IMG/VR virus record: IMGVR_UViG_3300005253_000193
Span: 1-64,000 of that record
Strand: one strand, 5' to 3'
Source: a virus
DNA: 64,000 nt
Part shown: in pieces, positions 48,801 to 58,274 of the stretch
Layout: each line of letters begins with the position of its first letter
How positions within the stretch are numbered: position 1 is the first letter of the stretch
Translations under genes and position numbers: made by a program
Notes under the pieces: model-generated
The model's input: the letters and a program-made list of their open reading frames with translations, nothing else
Told to the model about the DNA's origin: nothing
The model's database searches: none

Positions 48801-49669
48801 ATGTGGAGCTCGGTACTGAAGTGGAGAGGGCTGCGAGACTTTCTGGGGATGCTTGGGATGCTGTGCGATTGGACAAGATTTTTGATGAGACCAGAACCCC
48901 ACTTGAGGCTTTTAACATAGAAATGAAAGAGCTGAGTAGGCTTTCCGATGAATATAGTGATACCTATGGGCCAGCTCTTGAACGCGCCATGAAAAAATTG
49001 CGAGTGGATCTTGGCAAGACCGATCCTGTTTTAAAGTCCATTTCGAAGGGATTTGGTGATTTGGCGGATGGCATTGTAGATGCTATGAATACGAGTGGCA
49101 GTGCGATGGAGAAGTTTGCCAATGTTGTTGATTCAATTTTCATAGATATTCAGAAAGCATTTTTAAGAATGGCTATAATTAAGCCTCTTCAAGAAGCCAT
49201 ATTTGACTTTGGATCCTCTTTTTGGGATTCAGGAAGTGGTGGTGTTCAGACAGAACTTGGGCCGGGTGCCCAGATGAACAGTGCTCTTGGCAATGTTTTT
49301 AATAGGGGAAGGGTTGCCGCGTTTGCTGCCGGGGGTGTAATAAACACTCCGACTGTGTTCCCTATGGCGAAAGGTGCCGGACTCATGGGCGAGGCTGGCC
49401 CCGAGGCGGTTATGCCCCTGAGGCGCACTTCGAGCGGCCGACTCGGCGTTGAAATGGCTGGAGGGGGTGGTTCACAGGTAGTAACGGTAAACATAATCGA
49501 CAATGCTGGCAATGACATCAATGCTGAAAGCAGTCCAGACGGCCGTGGGGGTGTCAGATTAGACGTTGTCATTGATAAAGCTGTGGCTAACAAAATCCGT
49601 AGTGGGGGTTCAACCTTCCGAGCTATCAAGGACACGTTCAACACCACCGTAAGGACGTCCAGGAGATAA
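45866..49669 (+). CDS. tape measure protein
   Basis: 1267 aa, helical; [36 protein letters not shown]. Confidence 0.93.
   Translation: [1267 protein letters not shown]
47972..48542 (+). repeat. 97-nt exact direct repeat inside the TMP gene
   Basis: 47972-48068 equals 48446-48542. Confidence 0.85.
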
Positions 49670-49672
49670 CCA

Positions 49673-50023
49673 ATGCCAGCTTGGCCCGCAAATCTTCCAC
49701 AGAATCCTCTGCTCGAGGGATATCAGGAGCAGGCACCGAATCTATCAATTCGGACCCAAATGGATTCTGGTCCGGCGAAAGTCAGGAAACGATTTACTTC
49801 CGGAGTGCGAAGTCTTGTATGGAACTTTATTCTTGGTTCAACGGAAGTGGACAATTTGGATGCTTTTTATCTGACCACTATAGAAGGGGGTTCATTGTCC
49901 TTTACACATACCGACCCAAGAACCGGGACTACTGGAGTATCCTATCGCATTGTAGAGGCTCCAACGTATGTTACGTTCAGTAATAGATTCAAAACCTCCC
50001 TAAAATTGGAGATGCTGCCGTGA
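49673..50023 (+). CDS. distal tail protein (lambda M-like)
   Basis: position; IRTQMDSGPAKVRKRFT. Confidence 0.7.
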   Translation: MPAWPANLPQNPLLEGYQEQAPNLSIRTQMDSGPAKVRKRFTSGVRSLVWNFILGSTEVDNLDAFYLTTIEGGSLSFTHTDPRTGTTGVSYRIVEAPTYVTFSNRFKTSLKLEMLP

Positions 50024-50484
50024 CCACTCAAGCTCTAAAGGAACTCCTCTACGATCAGGAGACGGAAGAGGTCTTGGTGGTACTCATAACCATCAGTCAT
50101 GATGATTTGGCCTCTCCAGTTCGGGTTTGCAGTGATTCCGAAAACATTACGAGCAGATCCGATCTTTTTGTGGCTTATCCTTTTGAAATAACTTTGCCCA
50201 CTGATGATCCTGAAGATCTTCCCAGTATTAACCTGCGGATTGATAATGTAGACAGAACAATTGTTCAGAATGTGAGGTCCATTACCTCTGCCCCATCGGT
50301 GCTTGTGGAAGTCATTAGAGCTTCAGCTCCAGATACGGTTGAGGTTTCATTGCCGGACTTCAAGATTGAAAGAATCAATTTTGATGCTTTAACAGTTTCC
50401 GGGAGTCTGACTCTTGAGAGTTTTTTGCAGGAGCCTTATCCGACAGCCACATTTGACCCTGCTAGATTTCCAGGGGGATTTTGA
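50020..50484 (+). CDS. DUF1833 / lambda L-like tail protein
   Basis: FVAYPFEITLP...LRIDNVDR...F.P.RFPG. Confidence 0.75.
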   Translation: MTTQALKELLYDQETEEVLVVLITISHDDLASPVRVCSDSENITSRSDLFVAYPFEITLPTDDPEDLPSINLRIDNVDRTIVQNVRSITSAPSVLVEVIRASAPDTVEVSLPDFKIERINFDALTVSGSLTLESFLQEPYPTATFDPARFPGGF

Positions 50485-50933
50485 TGGTAGCATTCCCCTC
50501 CTGGACTGAAAAGTATGTTGGGATACCTTTTGTCCTCCGTGGTAGGAGTATCGAGGGGGCGGATTGCTGGGGTTTGTTTGCCCTTATTTTGAAGGAGCAA
50601 TTTGGGATTGAAATTCCCGCACACGACACTGATCATTACGAGGAGTTGGCTGCAAAGGAAAGATGGAAACGTCTTGCCGCTCTCATTGTGGAGCAAAGGG
50701 AACGGGAGAAACAAATTTGGATACCTATAGATATCTGTGACGCTACGATTGGAGATGGTCTCATACTCAGAATGCTCAATCTTCCTTTACATGTGAGTTT
50801 TGTTGTTGCTCCTGGATGGATGATTCATACTGAGCTTGGGATAGATTCTGTTCTTGAGAACTTTGAAAGGTCCAATTGGAAAAATAGAATTCTTGGTGCA
50901 TATAGACATGAGCAAATTGCTTCCCATTCTTAA
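50481..50933 (+). CDS. NlpC/P60 tail tip protein (lambda K-like)
   Basis: YVGIPF..GR...ADCWGL, HV. Confidence 0.85.
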   Translation: MMVAFPSWTEKYVGIPFVLRGRSIEGADCWGLFALILKEQFGIEIPAHDTDHYEELAAKERWKRLAALIVEQREREKQIWIPIDICDATIGDGLILRMLNLPLHVSFVVAPGWMIHTELGIDSVLENFERSNWKNRILGAYRHEQIASHS

Positions 50934-53900
50934 CATACCAGAGTCGGAAATCATACTTCCTTCTGACAAAGGGGTCATGATCTCGGCGGCTCCCCATCCC
51001 TTTAGAGCGAGCAATGAAATTTTCTTTGTTCAAGAAGGTGATACTATCGGTGAAATCTTTGAGAGGGTTCAACCAGATAGCGTTCTAAGAAAATACGCCC
51101 ACATTTTTGTGGGTGATGTGTACATTCCAAAAGCATATTGGGGAAAGGTAAGGCCCAAAAACGGAGCGACGGTTTCTATACGAGTAGTTCCGATGGGAGG
51201 TGGTGGTGGGGGGAAAAAGAATCCGCTTAGAACGATTCTTACCATTGCTGTTATTGCCGCTTCATGGTGGGCGTCTGCTGCTTGGGGTCCAGCTATGGCC
51301 CAGTCTATGTTTGGCCCCGGTTTTGCTGGAATGTCGTTTGGAGGAATTTCTGCTGCTAGAATAGGTGGTGCGATTGTTGGTGGCATGGTCTCCATGGCTG
51401 GCAATCTGTTGATAAATGCCATCGCACCCCCTCCAATGCCAAAGATGAGGAGCATGACCACTGGGCGTATATCATCGGAAAGGGATAGCCCAACCCTGTT
51501 TATTCAAGGAGCAAGAAATCAATTTCACCCATTTGGGGTTATTCCGAGAGTGCTTGGAAAGCATCTGATGGTTCCCCCCTATGGTGCCAGGCCCTTCACT
51601 GAAACAGTTGGGGATGATCAGTATGTTCGGATGATTTTTTGTTATGGATATGGCCCTATCACTATTGAGGATAGAAGAATTGGTGAGACTACTATCTCAG
51701 CTTTTGAGGAGGTGGAACGTGAGTTCCGCCGTGGGTTTAAAACGTCTCAAATAACGGACCAGGGCAATTGGGCTGCTGGGGTTCAGAAAACATTTTCTAC
51801 TGGTGATGTGAATACTGCAACTGATGTTATCACTGTGACCAGCCACGGTTACAACGATGATGATGAGGTGTTCTTTCTCTCATCGGAGGTGCCAGAGGAT
51901 CTTCCGGCGCCTCTAGTCGAGGGAAAGCCTTATTATGCTTCCAGTACCACAACTCATACCCTCAAATTGGTTACGGCCGTGGAAGACCCGGTGCTGACCG
52001 AAATTGATCTATCGGATGTAGGAACAGGAACACATACCATTACAAAGTCCGATTCTGTTTCATATCCAAGCTCCCCCGACTTCGGAGACAAATATACTGT
52101 TACAACTCCGGGAAGAGTTGATGGTGTAGATTACATAACGGGGGATGTTATTATCTTCAATGATACCGCTGCTGATAGTTCAAGCGATTCTTGGGACAAG
52201 AATGGGGATCAACCGTTAAAACTCTACACGGATGATGTTTACGAGGAATCCTTATCAATCCTTCTTACTCAGGCATCAGGTTGGTCCTTGAGGACTACCC
52301 AAGCCTCCACGGATGATATTTCGATTGACATTACGTTTTACAGAGGTCTTGTTCAATTCAGTGGTGCTGGAAGCAAAGGGGATCAGACAGTAGAACTCGA
52401 GATTGAGTCGAGCCTTACTGGTGTGGGCGATTGGAAGAAGCACGAGGTCACCTACGACGATGATGGAGAAGAGATTTCTTATTCTGTTACTGCTCGCCAA
52501 ACAAACGCTGTTCGTAGGAGTATTCATTGGCGGGTAGATACTCAGGGACAATATGATGTTCGTATTAGACGAACAACCGCTGATACGGAAGATACAAAAA
52601 TCTTTGACGAGATGACCTGGTCGGCTTTGAGGTCCATCACTGACCAGGATCCTATTAATATGTCCGGGATTGCTCTTGAAGCGGTTCGCATTAAAGCTAC
52701 GGACCAATTGAGAGGTGTTGTTGATCAGTGGAATGCAATAGTTCAGAGTATCATTCTTGATTGGACCGGCTCTGCATGGGTTTTGGCTCCGACGAGTAAT
52801 CCCGCTAGTTGTTATAGGGAAGTTCTTCAAGGGTCGGCCAATGGCAAACCTGTTGCTGATTCCAGGATGGACCTTTCTAATCTTCAGGACTGGCATGATT
52901 ATTGTGCCACCAATGGTTTTGAATTTAATATGGTCAGGGACTTTGTTTCCACTGTGCATGAAACCCTGATGGATATTGCAGCCGTTGGAAGATCAGCCAA
53001 GTCGGTTATTGATGGAAAGTGGGGGGTGATTACAGATCAGGTTCAGTCTACTTCCGTCCAACATTTTACTCCACGAAACTCCTGGGGATACGAAGGCACA
53101 AGAAATTATTATGATCTTCCTCATGCGTTCAGAGTGCGTTTTATAAACAGAGACAAGAGATGGAGGGAGGATTCTAGAATCGTCTATGATGATGGTTATG
53201 ACTCCGACAGCGCAACAGAGTTCGAGGAGCTGGAGCTTTCAGGTATCACCGATTCGGACCATGTTTGGAAGGACGGACGTTATCATATTGCTTCCATTAG
53301 GCTCCGCCCGGACGAACACAAGTTTAGCACCGACTTTGAATATATCATTGCAACTCGTGGACAGAAGATTCTTTTCACTCATGATGTTATCAATATTGGT
53401 ATTGCGGCGGGGAGAATTAAATCTGTTGCTGTTGATGGGGGAGACGCTACTGATATTACAGTGGATGAAGCCTTGGATATGGAGCTTGGAAAGAATTATG
53501 GAGTATCTATCCGGACAGATGATGACAATGAGTTGACTGAGCAAATTATTACCAATGCCGGATCTCAGACTACCGTCACTTTTACTACTCCTATTCCTGC
53601 TGCCAATATACCAACGGCTGGAGACCTCTTTGGTTTTGGTGAATTGGGATCAGAAACGATTGATTTGGTGATTAAGAGCATCAATCCTTTAGGTGATTTT
53701 GCTGCTCAGCTTACTTGTGTTGATTATAACAGTGCCCTTTACACCGCTGATTCTGGGACTATCCCCCCATGGACAAGTAACGTCACTATCCCGGTGGAGA
53801 TTTCCTATCCGGCCGTGACGGATATTGTTTCTGATGAATCGGCGATGGCTTTGTTCCCAGGCGGCCTCCTTATTTTGAGGGTCCAGGTTATTTTTGGATT

Positions 53901-55137
53901 CTTCGAAAGACGTCCCACCGAGGTTACATCGATAGAAGCGCGTTTCCGCCCGTCTGGTTCTGAGGGGGCGTGGCTTAATACGATCGCAAACGGTCAAGCC
54001 CCGGAGATTTTTCTCGAGCCAGTTGAGGAAGGAGAAGTGCTTGAGTTTCAAGTACGCGCAAGGACTGGTACAGGTGATGGTCCTTGGGGTCCCCTTCTGA
54101 TCCATACTGTGATTGGAGGATCTACGCCGCCGGATGAGGTTGACTCTGTTTATATTGAGAGTGGATCCCTTCATTGGGTGTTTGCCGATCCTCCACGAGA
54201 TTTTGATGGTTATATTCTCAAAACTCGTGGCGGCTTCTCCGTAAACTGGTCAGACGCGATGCAAGTTCATGATGATATATACAGAGAGCAGTCATTTGAA
54301 ATAAATAAGCTTCCCTCTGGTCCAAGAACTTTCATGGTAGCTACCATCGACAAGTTTGGAAATGAGAGTACGTCAAAGCCATTTGTGTTTCTTACCGTTC
54401 CGGATGCTTCAACAAACAATATTCTTGAGACGTTCGACTTTAAGGCGTTGGGTTTCCCAGGCACCTTAACAGACTGTACCATTGTGTCTGGAGATCTGAA
54501 GGCTGATAGTCATGGTGATTTATATCTTCCTATAGATTCGGCCCTTTATTTGAGCGATGGAGCTGCTTTGTATCTTCCCATAACCTACAAAGATATGACC
54601 TATCAGTCGTCCTTAGTTCCAAATTATTGGCCTTCAGAAATTTCATTTGAAATCACCATAGCCGGTAATTCCTGGACGATGGAATATCGTACACAGGGGG
54701 ATTCGATTTATCTTCCAGCAGGAGCCAACATATATCTTCCTATAGGAACTGATCCTTTTTTGGAAAGTCCTTCTTCTTGGCGAGTAATGCCAGTGAAATT
54801 CAGTGCAGCGAGACAAAAATACGACATTCGAATTTCCATTTCTGGTGGTTCAACGAGAGGAGTTATTTCCGAGGATATTGCGACGATGGATGTTGAGGAT
54901 ATTGTTGAAAGATTTACAGATGTAGTTCTATCTTCTGGAGGAAGTAGATTGCCTATTACGAAAACATACCGTAGTATCGTTTATGTCGAGGATATAGTTC
55001 TTCAGAGTGCGGCCAATGTGGCTTCAATTCAGGTTGTGGATATGAATGCGACACTTGGACCTTTGGTTAAACTTTTGGACTTCTCCGGTTCTGACATTGG
55101 GGGAACCCTTAACAATGCAGCCGTAAGAGGTTACTAA
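50908..55137 (+). CDS. central tail / host-specificity protein (lambda I+J-like fusion)
   Basis: ubiquitin-like N-terminus, TM-like segment, IPRVLG, TSNPA, FnIII-like C-terminus. Confidence 0.85.
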   Translation: MSKLLPILNIPESEIILPSDKGVMISAAPHPFRASNEIFFVQEGDTIGEIFERVQPDSVLRKYAHIFVGDVYIPKAYWGKVRPKNGATVSIRVVPMGGGGGGKKNPLRTILTIAVIAASWWASAAWGPAMAQSMFGPGFAGMSFGGISAARIGGAIVGGMVSMAGNLLINAIAPPPMPKMRSMTTGRISSERDSPTLFIQGARNQFHPFGVIPRVLGKHLMVPPYGARPFTETVGDDQYVRMIFCYGYGPITIEDRRIGETTISAFEEVEREFRRGFKTSQITDQGNWAAGVQKTFSTGDVNTATDVITVTSHGYNDDDEVFFLSSEVPEDLPAPLVEGKPYYASSTTTHTLKLVTAVEDPVLTEIDLSDVGTGTHTITKSDSVSYPSSPDFGDKYTVTTPGRVDGVDYITGDVIIFNDTAADSSSDSWDKNGDQPLKLYTDDVYEESLSILLTQASGWSLRTTQASTDDISIDITFYRGLVQFSGAGSKGDQTVELEIESSLTGVGDWKKHEVTYDDDGEEISYSVTARQTNAVRRSIHWRVDTQGQYDVRIRRTTADTEDTKIFDEMTWSALRSITDQDPINMSGIALEAVRIKATDQLRGVVDQWNAIVQSIILDWTGSAWVLAPTSNPASCYREVLQGSANGKPVADSRMDLSNLQDWHDYCATNGFEFNMVRDFVSTVHETLMDIAAVGRSAKSVIDGKWGVITDQVQSTSVQHFTPRNSWGYEGTRNYYDLPHAFRVRFINRDKRWREDSRIVYDDGYDSDSATEFEELELSGITDSDHVWKDGRYHIASIRLRPDEHKFSTDFEYIIATRGQKILFTHDVINIGIAAGRIKSVAVDGGDATDITVDEALDMELGKNYGVSIRTDDDNELTEQIITNAGSQTTVTFTTPIPAANIPTAGDLFGFGELGSETIDLVIKSINPLGDFAAQLTCVDYNSALYTADSGTIPPWTSNVTIPVEISYPAVTDIVSDESAMALFPGGLLILRVQVIFGFFERRPTEVTSIEARFRPSGSEGAWLNTIANGQAPEIFLEPVEEGEVLEFQVRARTGTGDGPWGPLLIHTVIGGSTPPDEVDSVYIESGSLHWVFADPPRDFDGYILKTRGGFSVNWSDAMQVHDDIYREQSFEINKLPSGPRTFMVATIDKFGNESTSKPFVFLTVPDASTNNILETFDFKALGFPGTLTDCTIVSGDLKADSHGDLYLPIDSALYLSDGAALYLPITYKDMTYQSSLVPNYWPSEISFEITIAGNSWTMEYRTQGDSIYLPAGANIYLPIGTDPFLESPSSWRVMPVKFSAARQKYDIRISISGGSTRGVISEDIATMDVEDIVERFTDVVLSSGGSRLPITKTYRSIVYVEDIVLQSAANVASIQVVDMNATLGPLVKLLDFSGSDIGGTLNNAAVRGY

Positions 55138-56285
55138 TGACCAGCATTCCGGCAGAGGGCTACTTCACTGTTGAAGCTCGAACGAATGCAGAGGCAAAGA
55201 CAGCCCATGACGATGGGCTTGAAATTCACCGAGAGCATTTGGGTGGCAATGCCATAGCTGAACTCACTATTTCATCTGGCTCTGTGACAGCAACCCAGGG
55301 CTTCCATTCGATTGATACGGAGATTGATGCGGGCAGTGACTTTCTGGACAACATTGTTCAGACCAATCTGGATGCAGGCCATCTCCTTCTTATTCGTGCT
55401 CAGGATTCCGGCAGGACTGTCAACGTAAGGGATATACAGGGAGGTGCTGGTGAGATTCTCACCGCCGACGGTGCCACTTTTGCTCTTGACAATATTGATA
55501 AGTGGCTTCTTCTTGTTCGAGAGGGTGCTCAGTGGTTGGAGGTTTTACGATCCTATGGAACGGATTCTGCCAGCGCGGCAGCCTTTTTGGGTGCGGCCGT
55601 TCTAGGAGCAAATATTTTTACGGGGGTCCAAAAATGGGATAAGGGTGGTGATGTAGCAAGCACCGCTTCGATGTCCTTGGGTACAGATGGGAATTCCTTC
55701 GACATCACTGGTACGGATGCCATAACCTCGATCGCCACCCTCGGTCTTGGAACGTGGGTACTGCTCCGATTTACTGGAATATTGACATTTACACATCACT
55801 CTACAGATCTGATTTGTCCTGGGGGACAGAACATAACGACAGCGGTGGATACTCGCATACTGCTGTGGGAATATGCTGTCGGAGATTGGATGGTGATGGG
55901 CCATGAGCAGGCTGGAGCGAGAAATTATGAAGACCGCACACTGCAAAGGGTCAACTTCAAGGACACTGGCGAGATCACCGTCGCCAAGGGGAACCTCGGG
56001 GCCACTCCGGATTTCGATATGGAGGACGGTAACAGTTTCCTCGGGACCCTCGACCAGGCCGCGAGCCCGACGTTCAGCAACCCGACGGCGAGCGACGAGC
56101 TGTGCGGGTTCGCCCTGGGCCTGACGAACGGCGAGGCGTTCACCATCACCTGGCCCGCCAGCGTAGACTGGGAGGGTGGGTCGCCACCGACGCTCACCGC
56201 CTCGGGCTACGATGAATTGATCTTCTGGACCCGCGACGGTGGGACCATCTGGCATGGTGCCGTCGTGACCACGGACAGCAGTTGA
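55137..56285 (+). CDS. tail fibre protein
   Basis: follows J; N-terminus shared with 58271-59725. Confidence 0.65.
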   Translation: MTSIPAEGYFTVEARTNAEAKTAHDDGLEIHREHLGGNAIAELTISSGSVTATQGFHSIDTEIDAGSDFLDNIVQTNLDAGHLLLIRAQDSGRTVNVRDIQGGAGEILTADGATFALDNIDKWLLLVREGAQWLEVLRSYGTDSASAAAFLGAAVLGANIFTGVQKWDKGGDVASTASMSLGTDGNSFDITGTDAITSIATLGLGTWVLLRFTGILTFTHHSTDLICPGGQNITTAVDTRILLWEYAVGDWMVMGHEQAGARNYEDRTLQRVNFKDTGEITVAKGNLGATPDFDMEDGNSFLGTLDQAASPTFSNPTASDELCGFALGLTNGEAFTITWPASVDWEGGSPPTLTASGYDELIFWTRDGGTIWHGAVVTTDSS

Positions 56286-56983
56286 TGACGATCCTTCGTA
56301 GGATGATGATGGCGGCGGCGGGTGGGGTAACTCCTGACTTACCCGTGACCTCTGATCTGGTGATGCACTTCCGGGCCGATCTGGGAATAACCAAAGATGG
56401 GAGCGATTACGTTTCCCAATGGGACGATCAGAGCGTCAACAATCGCCATCTGACTGAGGCGACGAACAAGCCTTTGTGGGTCGATGGCTTGGTCAATGGT
56501 CGCCCAGCCGTCCGGTTCGACGGGGCGAACGACCAACTCTCGGAGGCTGGAGGGACCGTAGCCCAGCCGGTACACGTTTTCACTGTCGCCAACTACCTGA
56601 CTTGGACCAATGGCGAGACTTCCTTCGGGTACAGGACCGTTCCGGGGGCCATGATACAACAACGAACATCCACCCCCCGCGTGTATCAATTGATCGACAA
56701 TATTTCGGGTGGTTACGTGTCCCCGACACTTGGCACGTTTTTTCTTATCCATCACGTCATCAGCAATGCCTCGTCATCGCTCGCACTCAACGATGGGGGG
56801 GACGTTGGTGGGGCCACTGGGACACGCACAATGAATGGTGGTTTCACTATGGGGGCGGAATTTCCGGGCGCCGGCTGGTGCAACGTGGAGGTCGCCGAGG
56901 CCATTGTCTACGACGCGATCAAGTCCGGCGGTGATCTGACCTCAATCAAGAATTATCTCAACGATCTATACGCCCTTTGGTAG
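56282..56983 (+). CDS. LamG/ConA-like receptor-binding protein
   Basis: VSQWDDQS...NGRPAVRFDG...EAIVY...YL. Confidence 0.65.
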   Translation: MMTILRRMMMAAAGGVTPDLPVTSDLVMHFRADLGITKDGSDYVSQWDDQSVNNRHLTEATNKPLWVDGLVNGRPAVRFDGANDQLSEAGGTVAQPVHVFTVANYLTWTNGETSFGYRTVPGAMIQQRTSTPRVYQLIDNISGGYVSPTLGTFFLIHHVISNASSSLALNDGGDVGGATGTRTMNGGFTMGAEFPGAGWCNVEVAEAIVYDAIKSGGDLTSIKNYLNDLYALW

Positions 56984-56994
56984 GAGGTTGAAAC

Positions 56995-57459
56995 ATGACT
57001 GATTATTGCCACATCGATGACGGCGCCATCGACGATGGGCCGCGAGCTTTGCCAAGAGCCTGGCGCAACGTTAGTGGCTTGCGTCGGGGGACACCTGAGT
57101 TTTTGAAAGACAAGGGCTGGTTGCCCGTGCGCTACGTCGATGAGTCCTTCGACCCCGCAACGCAAGTGCGGACGGGGCCTGTTGGGTGCAACGTCGGTGA
57201 CCCGGTGCCACCTGATGCCGACGAGGTTGTCGGGATCTACACCGTCAAGGACAAGACGCAATTGGAGCTGGATGACGACCAGCAGGCCGTCGACATCGCC
57301 AAACTTTCAACATCGGTGGACAAGATCGCGTTCATTCTGACCGAGCTGACTCAGAAGTTGTTCGAGAAGAACGTTATCATCCCTGATGATTTTACCCAAC
57401 CTGTGCGGCAGATTTATCGGGAAATCGAAGAAATCGTGGGTAGAGCCAAACCAAAGTAG
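56995..57459 (+). CDS. fibre-associated hypothetical protein
   Basis: AGGAGG SD; position. Confidence 0.55.
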   Translation: MTDYCHIDDGAIDDGPRALPRAWRNVSGLRRGTPEFLKDKGWLPVRYVDESFDPATQVRTGPVGCNVGDPVPPDADEVVGIYTVKDKTQLELDDDQQAVDIAKLSTSVDKIAFILTELTQKLFEKNVIIPDDFTQPVRQIYREIEEIVGRAKPK

Positions 57460-57467
57460 GAACAAAC

Positions 57468-58153
57468 ATGGTCGAAGAAGTACTTACCGACTGGCGCTTT
57501 TGGATCGTTGCCGTTGGAGTCATCCTCGCCATCGCCGAGACCCGGTGGACGGTGAAGCGACATAACAATATCCTGAACGGTGGCAAGCCTGGCGAGAACT
57601 TGGCGACCATAGTCATACTCACCGCAAAAGCTGTTGAAAGGCTTGAGAAAGACATCCGTGACTTACGTAAGGAGTTCACGGAGGAGCGCGGTGTCCGTAG
57701 CTTATGTGCAAGACGCGTACACGATAGAATCGACAATTTAGGGGTGGAAAACCGATCCGATAGCGGGTAATTAGAATTATAACAATTGGGGAATGAGTCA
57801 TGCGTGCGCGAGACAAGGCAAAAGAGTGGGCAACGTCGGTTAAGTTCTGGATCACATGCGCGGTCCTCGTTGTAGGAACATTGGGGGGCCTTGGATATGC
57901 GTTTGATCGCCCGGTGTGGCTTAGTGAATTAAGAGCGCATGAGGTGGCGGCTGGAGAGGTAATGGATAACCTCCAGCAGCAGACTACCATCAACGTGGAA
58001 AATATTCTTGAGATCAAAATTGATCAGATGCAACTTCGTATTTGGGATCAGGAAGATCGCCTCGAGGATTACAATACTAAGGATGGTTGGAGCCGACTTC
58101 GCGATCTGAACCAACAATTGAAGAGGTTAATTCGTGAACGGAAAGATAAATAG
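57468..58153 (+). CDS. two single-TM coiled-coil proteins (57468-57770, 57800-58153), possible holin/lysis accessories
   Basis: N-terminal hydrophobic helix plus coiled coil. Confidence 0.5.
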
Positions 58154-58274
58154 TGTGCTTGTTGCTGTATTTGCTTTTATGGCAATGTCACTCGCCACAC
58201 AGACTGTATGTGGCTCCTACAATGACGTGGTGGTCAACTTGGCGAATGACAAATTTAGGAAAAAAGTAAAATGA
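58134..58274 (+). pseudogene. truncated paralogue of 59732-60028
   Basis: ...FAFMAMSLATQTVCGSYNDVVVNL vs FFMFLATLPATAQMLCGPRADVLTNL. Confidence 0.45.
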